A stretch of 64,000 nt of DNA from the human T2T-CHM13v2.0 reference genome, Homo sapiens (GCF_009914755.1 NC_060926.1); one strand, 5' to 3'; counted from the stretch's first letter, positions 24,760 to 38,278 are shown. Notes: a model not told the origin generated them from the letters alone. A program made the numbers and translations.

Positions 24760-27700
24760 CTGCGGAAGGTTTTATATCCAGTTGGTCACCTAGCTTTAAC
24801 TCTGATTCTAGGAACTGGTGACAGCTGAATTTCTGCTTAATCTGCTTTGGTGTGTCAAGCCTCTTTTAAGGTTGTTTTGCTGTTGTTCTTTTAACTTTTA
24901 AAGAGGGCAAATATAACTGTCCAAAATAAAATCTCACAAAATCTGTTTCTTCATTTGCTTCCTAGTTAGCCTATTTCCTCTTTCTTTAATCTCTCCCTTC
25001 CATGTCTGCAAAGCTGTCAAACCAATGACTTGGCCATCTCTTACCAGTCTCTGTTTATCTTAAGCCTTGTCTTTCTGATGTTCTTACCCATTAAATAGGT
25101 TAAACTCCATTAAGTCATAAGTGGATTGTGAATTTTCAGAGAATGAAAAATATAAAATGGAAAGTATAAAATATTTAGTTAAATCTGCATAGGAAATATT
25201 TCTTAAATGATTCTAAAATGACCTCAGTCTATAAATTACCATTTAATATGTTAATTATACATTGTATGAAAGGAAAGCAAAGATCTAATCCTGCATTGAT
25301 GTGCAACAGATCACCTTACATGTGGCAACATTTGAGGGACTGAAAACGTTTCTTGCTCTCTTGCCTAGGTCCACAGTTCCTTTCAATCTCTTCTGCATGA
25401 TGCCTTGAATATATCATTTGTTAGTTATTAGCACGTAAAAGGTAAGGCTTCTGGTCAAACCTTCAAATATATCATAGGGGACAAATGCTATAGGCATATC
25501 ACTATTAAGCATTAGCAACTTAGCAGAAATTAGATAACATGAGAAGACCATGAGAAAGTGAGAAGGATGATGGCTAACTTCGATGGTAGTCAGGAGCTGG
25601 GGAAAGTGTGGACATGCAAGCAATGGCAAAGGTGGAACCCCCAAGGTGAGCTGCAGTAGAAAGAGAGGACGCAGGTCCCCCTGAGGAAGGGCAGGGATTA
25701 GTGAGCTGCTGTCTGATTGGGCTATCAGTTTTATATGGAAATTTATCTCTCTTCTATTTCTTCTTTTCTTTGATTTAACAAAAATATTAGGCTGTAGACA
25801 CACATTCCCACATGCCTCTTCAATCCCTAAGTCACAGGATCATTTTGCTAGGGACAGGTTTGGTAGGGCAGATATATGGAGGAACTGTTTTGAGTAACAG
25901 GACTCTACAACATTTAAGTGCTGTATAGTCACACGTTTGAATAGTTAGACTGCTCAAGCGACAACTTATAAAAAGTTGCTTTTCACTCAGATACACCCTT
26001 TCCTTAGGAAACTCTTCAAGAATCCAGCTTATCCAAACCAGGTTCTGGTGCCTTAGCTACATCATGTAATTTATATAGAATGAGAACTGCATTAGTCAGC
26101 AGCTGTTAAACTTTCACCACCAAATAAGTAGGCAAAATCTTATTTTAATAGGTCTGTAAAATCGCACTATAGTGAACTCTCCCACTCTTATCTTCAAATA
26201 TTTTCTAATTTTCAAAACATCATTACCCAACAGGCTAGTTTACCTTTAGGAGATTTGTATTCTTTTTGGTTAAGAAACAGAAAATTTTCTTCTTTTTCAA
26301 AATGCATCACATTGTATCTCATTTAATTTTTTAAGTTTGGACTGATGTATGAGTTTCAAAGTAACATTAACCTATGTCCAGTTTATCTCTCAATCTTTCT
26401 GGTTAGTAATGAGGGATAATGGTAAAAATATAGTTACAGTGAACTTTGGCATAGGTGAGACCCCCACATTTCATATGTACCTATCATTCAAGTCTGCTTT
26501 TGTTGTGTTTCCAAAAATAAGGCTGTTAAATGAGCCCTTAATTTTGTTTATAAGCTAATATTAATTGTTCTGGAAAATGTGGATTAAACACTTAAATAAA
26601 AGCGCATTGGCTAAATTAAACGTGAAGGAGTTGCAACATGTTGTACTTGTATAACATGCACGTGTTTAAAGTGACTGAAATTTGGATTATTTTCTCAACT
26701 AATTTTGAAATTTAAGATTTTTCTACATCAACCCAAGATTTGTGGTATGCGTGTACTTGAAATCCATTGAAATAGCTACTTAGTCAAACTGGCCTTCCCA
26801 ACCGGATGAGTATTTCTTTGCTTCATTTCTTCTAAAGATCTGTGAGGGGTTTCCAAAGTGTCCCTCTTGTAGCAGATGGAATACTCTCAGGAGTCCATCC
26901 CTATAGCAACCACAGCTACACCAGGCAATCAGTGCTCTACTGATTTCCAAATAGCATGTGAGGCCACTGAAGGCTGCAAAACCTTCCTTCCACTGACTGG
27001 GTTCCCTGCTGATGCTATTTGGAAAATACCTAATCTGTATCTCAGAGAAGCATCCTATCTGTATTGTGTATAATTTAAGAAAATACTCAACCTGAAAATA
27101 GAATTATTTTAGGAAAAATAATTTTCTAGATGTTTTCTCCTCAAAGTCATATATTCTAAGTACTTCCCTTATGTTACACAAGGTTGCCTGCCATAGATAA
27201 AGCTACACTGTAAACCTCATAGGTGAGGAAGACTCAAGTCAGGTGATTAGAACTTTGCTAAAACCCTGGGCCATGACAGCATTCTTGTGAGGATTTAGCA
27301 GCTGTCATATGGAAATCTGTATGAATTAAGTTCAATATTGAGGATAAGGTTTGTGCTCAGGGGCAGTCCTGGGAAATTTCTTTTTGGGTTGGCATGCCCC
27401 TGACTGGACACTTTGTAATACTTTCTTGGTGACAATACTTTCTTGACAACATTGTTGGCAATTGTTCTGGAAATAACATCAGTAGTCTTGATAGCTGCAA
27501 ACAAATTGGGATAAAGCCATAGTTTTGACTGTGCATTACAAAGATGGTGACTATTCAAATGTAATCAGTTTAATGATGTTTTAGAGAATGTTCTTGTTTT
27601 GGGGATAGTGACAAGTGCCGATATGAAGTTTGCAGTCTAAAGGGTATACAGGTGGGAACAATTTCAATACATAAAAGCATTGGACTTATATGAGCACAAA

Positions 27701-28021
27701 AGGTGCGTTGTCTCTGACTGAAGACTCTTGATGCGGCATCATGGGATGGTTTCATTTTCACTAACATCCATGATTGTCCAGGTTTCACCACCCTTTCCCG
27801 CTTCCTTCTCCCAAATCTCTTTAAGCTAGCTGGGTTAGAAGGATGATCGAATAGAATCTGTTCAAGGCAAGATATGTTTTTAGCATGCATTCATCTATTA
27901 TGACCAATACCATTTGATGAGAAGTTGATGAGCAGAAGAAACCTGAGGCCAGGTGAAGGCATTTAAAACCCCTTCTTCTCTCACTATAGAATTAAGCTTT
28001 TTCCCACCCCAATTATAGTAG

Positions 28022-28328
<307 letters not shown>

Positions 28329-28689
28329 AGATTAATTATTTAGAGGCTTTTGAGAATAATTCCTTTCAAAACACGAATTTCCATGCCTTAGCTTAAGGTT
28401 ACATCTAGGTTATGTACTGAAGTGAAAAGGAGTCTGTCATTCAGATATTCTTCACGTAATCCCAAACATACACGTTTTTCTTGGAACTCATATACCCAGG
28501 TGGCAGACAGGATCGTCATTTTCCCCACATTGTTTGTGTCAGATAAACACAGCTTTTGTGTCATGTACACACTGCCATATGATCGCATATGGTTTCACTG
28601 AGAATTCCATATTTATAGGGTGGAACTACACCATAACATGAAATCCGCAGGGCTAGAAACGAGCACTGGGCCCATCTTGGATTTCCTCC

Positions 28690-29340
28690 AAGGAGGTTTT
28701 GAGTTCTTGGAGGCGGGCACAAAGGTATTCATGATAATATGGTCTTGTTTGTAGCATGGACCAAGAATGTGGACCTTGAGGATAACGTTACAAGGAAGCT
28801 CTGCATTTTAGGGAAATGATTCCTTGCCAGAGAATTGTATCCGCTCCCCACACTCACATTTGTTATGCTGCCAGCTGTTCTCTGTTATCATCTCTTGCAG
28901 CCTGCAGGTGGGGTCCACTCAGGAGTGGCTCTCCAGGGTGAGAGGGAAACAGAGACAGGCTGCCGCTGAACCAGATTCTGCCCTTGCTGCTGCTGCTGCT
29001 GCTGTGCAGAATTTTGACTTTTGCCTGCTTTGTCCCTGGGCTCTCAGCAGTTTGGCTGACTGGCTACTTACCGTTGCTTGACACTGCAACCTTCTGCCCC
29101 CGCCTTCCTGTTTTTCTTTAAGTCTTGACAGTCTGCAGATTGTGGAAGGTCCCTGGATGCCTCTGGCCTGCTTCTTTTTCAGGACCCGTGGCTTCTGTCT
29201 TTCTCTAATTTATGAGACTTCCTATTCAGCTACTATCGGGAACCTGTATCGATTCATGTGCTTTTCCCGCAAGCTATATCCTCAGTGCCTGTTCATGCAG
29301 CACTGTCTTCCCGTTTCCACCCATAACCTAGAACAGTTAC
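28690..29340 (-). promoter_or_regulatory. Candidate promoter / alternative first-exon region
   Basis: Non-repeat, locally more GC/CpG-rich; GC-box-like CCCCGCC at about 29097-29103 next to ETS-like CTTCCTG; minus-strand donors ACG|GTAAGT (29072/29071) and AAT|GTGAGT (28858/28857). Inference only. Confidence 0.35.
28986..29003. repeat. (GCT)6 / (CAG)6 trinucleotide repeat
   Basis: Seen directly. Confidence 0.9.
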
Positions 29341-32329
29341 ACTTTGAGTGACAGAAACAACAATGAAAACCAAGCCTTGTAGCAATTTTGCATTGCCACG
29401 AGTTGGAGTTCAATTATCATGCAGTTACTGTATCATTAGGGCTTGTTTTCCTTGATGAGAACTTTGTGAGATGGTGACTAAACTCATTATTTAGAATAAC
29501 TATCATCGAAACATTAGTCATTGGAGAAATCTGGGTGAATCAGAAGAGAAAAGCTAGTAGCATAGGCATTCCAATTAAGTTCTTTAGAGAGTCATCTAGA
29601 ATAAATAGGGCTTTTTCTTTTCCCCTAACAAGAGTTGTGAAATTGTGTTTGTAATCTAATGAATCTGTTCTCAGTTTGGGAGAGAATATGATTTTCAAGG
29701 TTTGGGCTGTAGAAACACAAAAGTTGGGGTTGGTTGGGCATATGTATATGGTTTTATATACATGATTATATACTATTAAGTTAGGAGTATATTGTTACAT
29801 TTTCTTTATTCTTGCTTAAACAGTATTTCAGATTGGAAACTCTTTTTGTCAGATTTGGGGAATGATCTCTGAAAATTATCTGCTATGTACCTAAAAAAGT
29901 AGAAGCAACCAATATCCCTTTAAAAAATACTTAAACACTTGTCTCCTATGGCATATTTAGGTTTTTCTTTTTATTGTACTACTGTACACTCCTGTCTCCT
30001 TTCTGAATCTCTAAGGACTGCAATTTGAGATCTAGAGGCCTATAACATTGTGAAGAAAAAAATAGACTCACCTAACTCTTTCCCCTCAGCGATACTCTCC
30101 CTGTTTGGAAGGTTGGGGTCTAGTTTAAAATCTTTCTAATTATCTTGAATGTTCCAGAGTTTATGTGTCTCTGACATTCTGAAATTTTCTAGTGCGATGT
30201 TGATGCTCTCTTAGGGAGGTCTAAAATGTCAACCTCCAAGGGTCTTTGTACAGCACTTCTATGCGCCATGGTGATTTCAAACACAAACATGGATTGGATC
30301 TGCTGGAATGTATGAACCAAATGTCAAAGCAGCTTTCCGGAGAATGGATCTGGTGAAGAATTGTCTCTAGCTATGAGCCCCACTTACAACTTGTAAGCTT
30401 ATAGGTTGCTCATGAGTAAATTCAAGCAGCAGCATACCCAAGGGAGTTCTATATTCCCTTCACAAACCAAAAGACTGTGCCTCTTTCTTAGTGGTGGATT
30501 TTGCAAGGTACAGCAACTTATTCTTCACCTTGTGGGGATGTCTGGGCATGTGTCAGACCAATGGACCCCTGGAAAATTCACCAAGTAGGCGGCATCTGAA
30601 TTTTCACATCATTTCATTTTCTGCCTCTTGGCTGTAGGAGGAAGACTGCCAGTACATATTTTAGGCAGTAAAGCAAATAATTATCCAAGGGAATTCATCT
30701 TCCTTTTCATTCAAGAGGCTCCATATAGGGTCTGGGAATTTGGTGAAAGGCATGACTCTTTATTATGACGATTTAAGTCAAAAACCATGAGCTTTAGATT
30801 CCTTTGCTTATGCATAACCTATAACTCTCTAGTAGACTTCACATCAACTTCAGTCTTAGTGACTTTGTGAAATATTAACCATTGCCAAAAAAGCTCTGTG
30901 GGTTCAAGTATTTTCAGTGGTTTTCTGGCTTCGCAACTCCCGGCAATACTGATGCCTACCTGATCTTTGGTGATATTCATTTCTCTGCTAGCTCTGCCAC
31001 AATGCACATTTGATATTCTGAAACTTAAGCACTAAATTATAGAGTTAACTCTTCTTAGCACACCTAAGACTTATAAAGGCAAAATATACTACTTTATTTT
31101 TCTCCCTCTGGGATTTCATCATCCCCGTTGAATTCCAGGAGGTCCTTTTTAATGGTGGCATTTCCCACTCTAATCTCTGGCGTGCATGGAACAGCCACTA
31201 TAGAAACTTTCAGGATGCTAGTGACCTCTCTACCAATGCATTTATTGAAGGCTTTGTGAGGAGAGTGCCCTCTGAATCCTCTTGGGACACATAAAAGATA
31301 GGGAAGCACTAAGACATGAGAAATCCGCCCCAGCCTTTTTATTTCCCTAATCGCTCAGATTGCTTGATATGTAGCATACCAAGGAAGTTCTAGCATCTCA
31401 CTTTTATTTAGTGCACTGTTGAATCAGATTTCAGTCAACCAACCATGCAAACTTTTAAAGCTACTCACAATACTTTGAACTAACACTCTATATCCATAAT
31501 CTCTGTTCAATGTTCACATACAATAAATTCAGCTAAGTCTAGCAAAAAAAAAAAAAAAAAAAACAAAAGAGTCACTTCTCCTAGGTCTGATACCTTCAGA
31601 ATCCATTTTCATGCATATTCTCTAAGTATCTATCAATATAAATTGGAAAAATCATGACATTGAATTGCTATGTATGGTATATCGTTTTAGGTCAGATTTT
31701 TGTGGTGGGCCTCTTGGCATCTTCCAGAATTTAAGAATACTCATGAGTCTGGAAACAATAAGAGGTGGTACGGGTTCAGCATAAACCTTCAAAGCAATCA
31801 CTAGGCATGGTAATTATATGGTCTTCAAGCAAGTGGAGGCTGATAATTTCACATAGAGGAGGGAAGAAGAAGCTGCTTTTGTTGGTAAGAGAAGCCCAGA
31901 AAAATCTAGGGTGAGGCTAAGGTTACTAGATTCATTGAAGTATGCTCATTCCAATTATTACATCCCACTCTTTTTCCGCCAATCCCTTAACTTTACATTA
32001 AGAACCATACAAAGGCTATGAATTCAGTTTGCATTGTAACTCAACCACCTACAGGGTCAAATTTTAGTTTTCCCAAACCTCATGATGTAGATTCAAAAAA
32101 GCATGTGTTAGAGAAGTCAAAGAACCACTGTGGTCCTCTACTCTGTGACTTGAACTGGGAATTAAAACCTTGAACTTGTCATTTTCTTTCTCCAAATTCT
32201 CCAGTGTACTTATAAGAAGTGACATCCATTGCAACAGCTACTTTGACTTCTAAAGCCTTGCCTTATGCAGGCATTTGACTTCAGGCAACTAAAGGTTATG
32301 ATACAAGCAGCTCTTTTACCACTTATTGT

Positions 32330-32834
32330 GAGGGACTGCCCATGTCTCACTGGAGCAGACACCATATCTTGGTGCTCCATTCGTATTTCCTAGGCATTCT
32401 CTTCTATATGCTGTAGGCTGTTTATTGTTATCATTTCTGGCTCTCTGCTGAATAACTTTTCTATTTTTCTTCCTGACGCAGGAGCATGCTCAACCTGAGT
32501 GCTGGGCAAGGCAAATGGAATGGAGGATCCACACTCCTGGAAGCAGCTTTCAACCAACAATGATGGACAGTTAGTGGCTAGAAACTCTCGCTTTATCCCT
32601 TAGTTGGGCTTACCCTGTATGATCATATACCCTGTCGACAGCACCACTGTTGTCCAGCACTGTTGAGTTCCAGTTGCTCAGCATAGTGTTGATCAAGAAT
32701 TTAAGGTGCCTTCCCTCTCCTGGCTCTCTCATTTTCCCACTTTATTAATAGCATTTCCAGGGATCACCTCTCAGTTTAGCTACTTGCATTCAAATTCTTG
32801 TCTCAGGATCTGCTTCTGGGTGAAACCAAAGACA
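32330..32834 (+). mobile_element. LTR16/LTR33-like old ERVL LTR
   Basis: 3' end GGGATCACCTCTC...TACTTGCATTCAAATTCTTGTCTCAGGATCTGCTTCTGGG...AAGACA; 5' boundary approximate. Confidence 0.7.
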
Positions 32835-32925
32835 TCTAAGTTCCACTGGCAATGAAGTAATTAATGCCTTAAATCTGATTAGATCTATAAACTAATTCCA
32901 GATTCTCATCTTTAAGGTTGGTCTC

Positions 32926-33374
32926 TGTGATGATTAATATTGAGTGTCAACTTGATTGAATTGAAGGATGCAAAGTATTGTTCTTGGGTGTCTGTAGGGT
33001 GTTGCCAAAGGAGGTTAGCATTTGAGTCAGTGGACTGGGAAAGGCAGACCCACCCTCAATCTGCGTGGGCACAATCTAATCAGCTGCTAGTGTGGCCAGA
33101 ATAAAAGCAGGCAGAAGAACATGAAAAGACTAGACTAGTTTAGCCTCCCATCCTAGATCTTTCTCACGCACTGGATGCTTCTTTCCCTTGAACATCGGAC
33201 TCCAAGTTCTTCAACTTTGGGAATTGGTCTGGCTTCCTTGCTCCTCAGCCTGCAGATGGCCTATTATGAGACCTCACCATGTGATGGTGTGAGTCAATAT
33301 TCCTTAATAAACCCCCCTTTATATATACATCTATCCTATTAGTTCTGTCCCTCTAGAGAACCCTGACTAATTCA
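32926..33374 (+). mobile_element. MLT2A (HERV-L) solo LTR
   Basis: TGTGATGATTAATATTGAGTGTCAACTTGATTG...GAAGGATGCAAAGTATTG to CTCTAGAGAACCCTGACTAATTCA; perfect 5-bp TSD GTCTC at 32921-32925 and 33375-33379. Confidence 0.93.
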
Positions 33375-33859
33375 GTCTCCCTTAACCAATTCCAAGATCA
33401 AAACCAGTGAGGATTTGGTCAGGGAAACAGATATTACTCTGTGTATATCATGGGTCAGAAATAAAGGGGCACATGCAACACCTGTAAAACCTGAGAATGT
33501 AAAGATCACAGATGCCACCACTGATAGTCAGGAACTGCTAGTGAAGTGCTATGGAAAACATTACATAAGAGCACGAAAAAAGATAGCTGCTCTAAAGGCT
33601 TTCAGCAAAGCATGTGCTTTTCAAGAGCTTTTTAGAAGCTGCTGTGACTTCCATGACTGCCCGTGCTTTCTACTATCAATACCTCAAGAGAACAAAGAAC
33701 TTTCCTCTCTTCCGCTTTCAGAATTTTGCATGACTGTGTCATTGACAAATTCTAAATAGGGAAAAGAATTCCGAGAAATGCAGTTCTCGGATTCTCCTCT
33801 TCATCCCAGGCAAATTCTTGGAAGGGGATGGTAGTGATGTTGAGATATTACGAGTCCAT

Positions 33860-34345
33860 CTGGAATAATGAGCAAAATCTGGAATGTGAAAGGCTTTGCA
33901 TGAGATTTTAACCATTTTTGTTTTAATTCCAAGAAGAAGGGGAAGATGTTGATAGTTTCTAAGAAGGGGTGTGATATGATTCTATTTGCATTTTCTAATC
34001 CTTGTCTAAAGCTTAGAGCTTGGGATGTCAAGAAAATCAGTTAGGAAAACACATAGAGTTTGTCCAAGAAAAAGATGATGGCTGTACTCCACTAGGGTGG
34101 AGTACGGAGGATTTCAAGAAGTGACAGAGTTAAGAGTTACCAGGACATAAGAGTAACTGGACGTGTTGGTGCACTGGGTTTGGGGATGGTACAATTATGA
34201 AGGTTACTGATTTGTTGTCAGTCATTAAGGTGGGAAATACTGGAAGACAGCCAGTTTGGGGCAGGGTAGCTGGTTTAGGGGTAGGTTGTGACTTTGGATT
34301 TTCTGAATTAGAGGTGACTTTGAAGTACTTTTTGAGGATCATGAG
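33860..34345 (-). mobile_element. L2 fragment
   Basis: GATATGATTCTATTTGCATTTT; GTCCAAGAAAAAGATGATGGCTG; TTTGGATTTTCTGAATTAGAGGTGACT typical of antisense L2. Confidence 0.6.
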
Positions 34346-35089
34346 CAGTCAACACACTTGGTCACACTATTTGTTCTAGGAGGGCTCCTGTGGGTATCCA
34401 GTGCCTCTTGACAGTTGCACATTGCTCACAGCCACTAAGGATGGTAATAATTCCCAGCAACCAGTTCCAAGTTCAGTGTTAACTTCTCAGGGTCATGAAG
34501 ACTCATTTTTTTGCAATAATTTCTAAGAGCAGTGGCTCCAAGGTCTTCTTTTTAAATGTTAGATAGTCAGAAAGTCTTGTCAGTAGTTTTACATATTCCC
34601 AATTACTTCTCCCTTCACAGGAGAGATTGCACAATCATTGACTGTTAGGTTGGTGTTACTCTTTCAGCCACCCTTGGGGGGCAACTATGATGGTGCCTTG
34701 CTGAGATGTCTCCAGGAAGCTGTTCATGCAAAGAAAAGCCACCTCACAACACTCAAGTTGAACTGAAGTGAACCGAAGGAAACAGTCATATAGGAAGCCA
34801 TTTAGTATTATATTGCACTGCTTTTTCTTCTGTTCTTTGATATTATACCCTGAGGAGGGCTGATGCAGGTGAGCTGTCATTTTCCCATCCTCCTGCCCAG
34901 GAACTGCAAGGATAATTTTTATTTTTTCCCTGGCTTCATTAAGCTTGGGTAACTAAGGAGCTTTGCAAATCCATATATCATGGATTTGTCATGGGCCCTT
35001 GGATATAGGCATAATCTTTTCTAACCATGGGGTATTATAAATGACCCAAAGTTTCTTATAGACTATGTGTATACTCCTAAGACAACCCT

Positions 35090-36010
35090 TAAATTATATA
35101 AAATTTTATGTCATTTGCAATCCTTCTGTAAGGAAGATTTGCCTCTTTCCTCCCATTTATTAATTTAGTCAATTATTTAATAGTCATGGACTTAGTTATG
35201 TTTATTTTATACTTTGGATTATAGCCCAGTGCTACATTATTGTGTTGCATGAATTATTCCAATTTTTCCCTTTGGAAGTTTATTCAGGCTGGCTCCTGTG
35301 TTCCTATGAAATCCTTCTGTTTTTTGAGTACTTCCTCAGTCTCTGGTACTACAAGATGTTCAAGGTTCATCTTCTACTTTCTTCACCCTATCCTAGAATC
35401 AGCCATCTATGTAAGGAACTCTTGGTTCCTTTGATTGGAGAGTGGTATTTATAAACCAAGATCTGAGCACTGGTGTCATTTTCCCTCCTCCTGAAGCACT
35501 TCCTTTAGCATGTCTTGCAGTACAGTTCTGCTGGTGATCAATTCTATCAGCTGTTGTATATCTAGTGGTTCTTACCTTTTCTTCTCACAGTTTTCTTACA
35601 TGCATGAGCTGATCAATATTGTGTTGAAGACTAAAGGAAACCCTCTGCAGGACTCCAGAACTCTTTCTCTGCACAGCTCTCTGCTTTCCACGGAGGTGTC
35701 TCCACTCGAGTAATCTGCCTCACAAATTCTAGCTTTCCTGACCTTATTCAATTCTCGAGTCCATTTGCTCAAAATGGAGAACTTAAGGCTTTGATTTGGT
35801 TTCGCTTCCTTGTGCTTCACTGTACAAGCACTCTGGTATATAATCTGGGGCAATCACAGGGAATAGGCTGTCCTTGTTTGCTTCCCCTCTGTCTCCTAGG
35901 GATCACCAATAGAAGCTGCTTGTTGCTCGCTATCTGAAAATGATTTATTTTGTCTGCCTTGCTGTTTGTTTAAGGTGGGTCCCTGTTACTCCATCTTTGC
36001 CGGAAGTAAA
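35090..36010 (-). mobile_element. Old L1M fragments (MC/MD/ME-like 3'UTR piece plus 5' region), antisense
   Basis: TAGAATCAGCCAT...AAGGAACTCTTGGTTCCTTTGATTGGAGAGTGGTATTTA.AAACCAAGATCTG; terminal GTCCCTGTTACTCCATCTT..CCGGAAGT. Confidence 0.65.
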
Positions 36011-36039
36011 CTCTCCTCTGCTTTTTATTTATATTCTTT

Positions 36040-36790
36040 TTAATGAAGATATGGACTATCAGAATAAATATTAGCAATAATTATTGAAAGAAAAGATTTA
36101 ATTAAACATTTTAAGAAACATATTTTATTTAAACTAATGTAAAAGTTCAAAACATTAAAAAAGTCTTACCTTTTTGGAAATTAAACATTCAAACAAAATG
36201 GTCCCTTTTGGTAAATAAATGATAAAAATGATGTTACTGCATCTCAAAACAGAACATTGAGCTAAACTCCAAGGAAAATTAATGATCTTCATTATTAAAC
36301 AAGAAAAAAATTAACAACAGTAAACTAAAATTTCAACTTATTAAGAGGAAAGAAAACTAACAGAATCATTAAAAAAACCCAGAAATTATAGAATTTGAAA
36401 ATACAAAAAATTGAATATATAAATAAGTAAAAATGCTTGTTTTTGAAATAAAAACTTTTAAAAAGCAAATTTTAAAGTCTAGTGAGAAAAATTAAAAAAA
36501 TCAAAATGAAATATAATTAGAATTCAGAAGGATTTAAATACAAGTTTGAAGTTTTTAAATATGAGAAAATATAATGTCACTGTTAATAATTTGAAAAGAT
36601 GAGGTATCATTAATTATAAATGAAATAAATACAATTTTCTTCCTAGAAAATGTGAACAAATTCTTTGTCCCATCCCAAAATAGCTTACTATGTTGGCAAA
36701 TTAAAAATTAAAATTTAAAAGATAATACATATACCTAGAGCATTTAAAAGAAATCTTTAGATATCTTTATTTTTTACACCAAAACTTTAC
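36040..36790 (+). mobile_element. Highly decayed A-rich L1M ORF2-like sequence
   Basis: Strong A bias with remnants such as TCAACTTATTAAG and TTGTTTTTGAAA; weak. Confidence 0.4.
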
Positions 36791-36801
36791 TGAAGCTTGT
36801 T

Positions 36802-37155
36802 TGTAATGGTCTGAATGTTTATGTTTGCCAAAATCCATATGTTGAAATCCTAACCAATGTGATAGTACTAGGAGGTTGGACTCTTAGGAAGTGATTATGT
36901 CGTGAAGGTGGAGTCTTCACAAAAGGGATTAGTGCCTTATAAAAGGGACCTCAAAAGCTCTCTTACTCTCTTTCCACCATAGGAGAGTATAAGAGAAGTT
37001 GGCAACCCAAAAGAGGTTTATGAGGTCACCAGATCCAGACCATGCTGGCACCCTGATCTCAGATTTCCAGCTTCTAGAACTCCAAGACAGAAATTTCTAT
37101 TGATTATAAGCCACGTAGTCTATGGTACTTTGTTATAGCAGCTGGAACTAAAACA
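36802..37155 (+). mobile_element. MLT1A/MSTD-like MaLR LTR
   Basis: TGTAATGGTCTGAATGTTT...CATATGTTGAAATCCTAACC; CATGCTGGCACCCTGATCTCAGA; TATGGTACTTTGTTATAGCAGC. Confidence 0.85.
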
Positions 37156-37415
37156 CTATCAGAAAGATGGAAATAGAGAGCAAGAGTGACAACTCACATG
37201 GTGGAGAGGGGGCAGAGAGTTTGGCGGGCAGGAAATAAAGAAGAGAAAGAAAAAGTTAATAAGTCATTAATCCAAGAATTAAAGAAAAACTTCCCAAATC
37301 CATATATTTATTTCAATTTCATTTAAAATGAGAATGCAATTTTTATATTAATGGGATTTTGATAGGTAAACCTACAGTACGTCTGAGTAATAGTTATGTA
37401 AAAATAACCAAGATA

Positions 37416-37712
37416 GGCCAGGCGCAGTGGCTCACACCTGTAATCCCAGCACTTTGGAAGGCCAAGGTCAGTGGATCACTGGAGGTCAGGAGTTCGAGAC
37501 CGTTATGACCAATATGGTGAAATTCCGTCTCTACTAAAAAAAAAAAAAAATTAGCCACTGTGGTGGTGGTGCATACCTGTAATCTTAGCTACTCAAGAGG
37601 CTGAGGCAGGAGAATTGTTTGAACCCAGGAGGTGGAGATTGCAGTGAGCCAAGATGGTGCCAGCCTGGGTGACAGACCTAGACTCCCTAGGCTCCATCTA
37701 AACAAACAACCA
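37416..37712 (+). mobile_element. AluS
   Basis: Dimer with small internal deletion; TSD AACCAAGATA at 37406-37415 and 37713-37722. Confidence 0.9.
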
Positions 37713-37749
37713 AACCAAGATAATGTTGATAAAGAAGAAAAATAAGTAT

Positions 37750-37885
37750 CTTATTTTCCATGAGAGAGAAAACCCAAAATAAGACAAGTTAAACATCTTG
37801 CCCAGTTATTTGTCTTGTCACAGGTAGAGTCAAGATACAAACCAAGACTTTTAAAGCAAAACTCCTATAAATCTGCTGCTCTCCC
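37750..37885 (-). mobile_element. MIR fragment
   Basis: ATTTTCCATGAG..GAAAAC; GTTAAACATCTTGCCCAG; GTAGAGTCAAGATACAAACCAAG. Confidence 0.5.
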
Positions 37886-37904
37886 TTAGTGTGATGTGTA
37901 CAAA

Positions 37905-38278
37905 TGCAGCAGATGCTGTGAGGGCTCCCAAATCACCCTTCAGGACTGAGCCCCTAGCTGAGGGGCATGCTGGACTGAGTAAGCTGCTTCACAAAGGTTG
38001 TACCCTTTTCCCAGGGGCAGCCCACATCCATGACCAGTTAACGTAAGGGTGCGGAGCGCCGGCCCTTGCCTCAATCTTAGACAACTCTGAAAGGTCATCC
38101 TAGCCAGAGTACCCCCTGTAGGATCACCCGAAGTCCTTTTGCAGATGCATTGCCTTCAACTTCATCTGCTCAACTCTTCTTTCCTTATTCCTTTATAGGT
38201 GTTTTCCTACAGGTACTCCCCAGTAAACTTCCTGCATGCAAATCTGTCTCAGAGCTCATGTCCTGGGAACTCAGACAC
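37905..38278 (+). mobile_element. LTR16-like 5' LTR
   Basis: CCAGGGGCAGCCCACATCC; CCCTTGCCTCAA...GACAACTCTGAA; CCCCAGTAAACTTCCTGCATGCAAATCTGTCTCAGAG. Confidence 0.78.

Noticed and set aside
26630-26665. Clustered CATG/CTTG cores resembling a p53 response element
   Set aside because: Cores are spaced 9 bp apart rather than 10, and the flanks mismatch RRRCWWGYYY
27295-27890. Two adjacent minus-strand ORFs suggesting a processed pseudogene
   Set aside because: No recognisable protein similarity, polyA tail or TSD
28986-29003. CAG/CTG repeat as a disease-type expansion locus
   Set aside because: Only six units, and I do not recognise the flanks as a known repeat locus
30215-30370. FYAPW (thioredoxin/PDI-like) and GDF (CR1 endonuclease-like) peptide words
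   Set aside because: FYAPW is followed directly by a stop with no CxxC; the GDF context is too short to support a call
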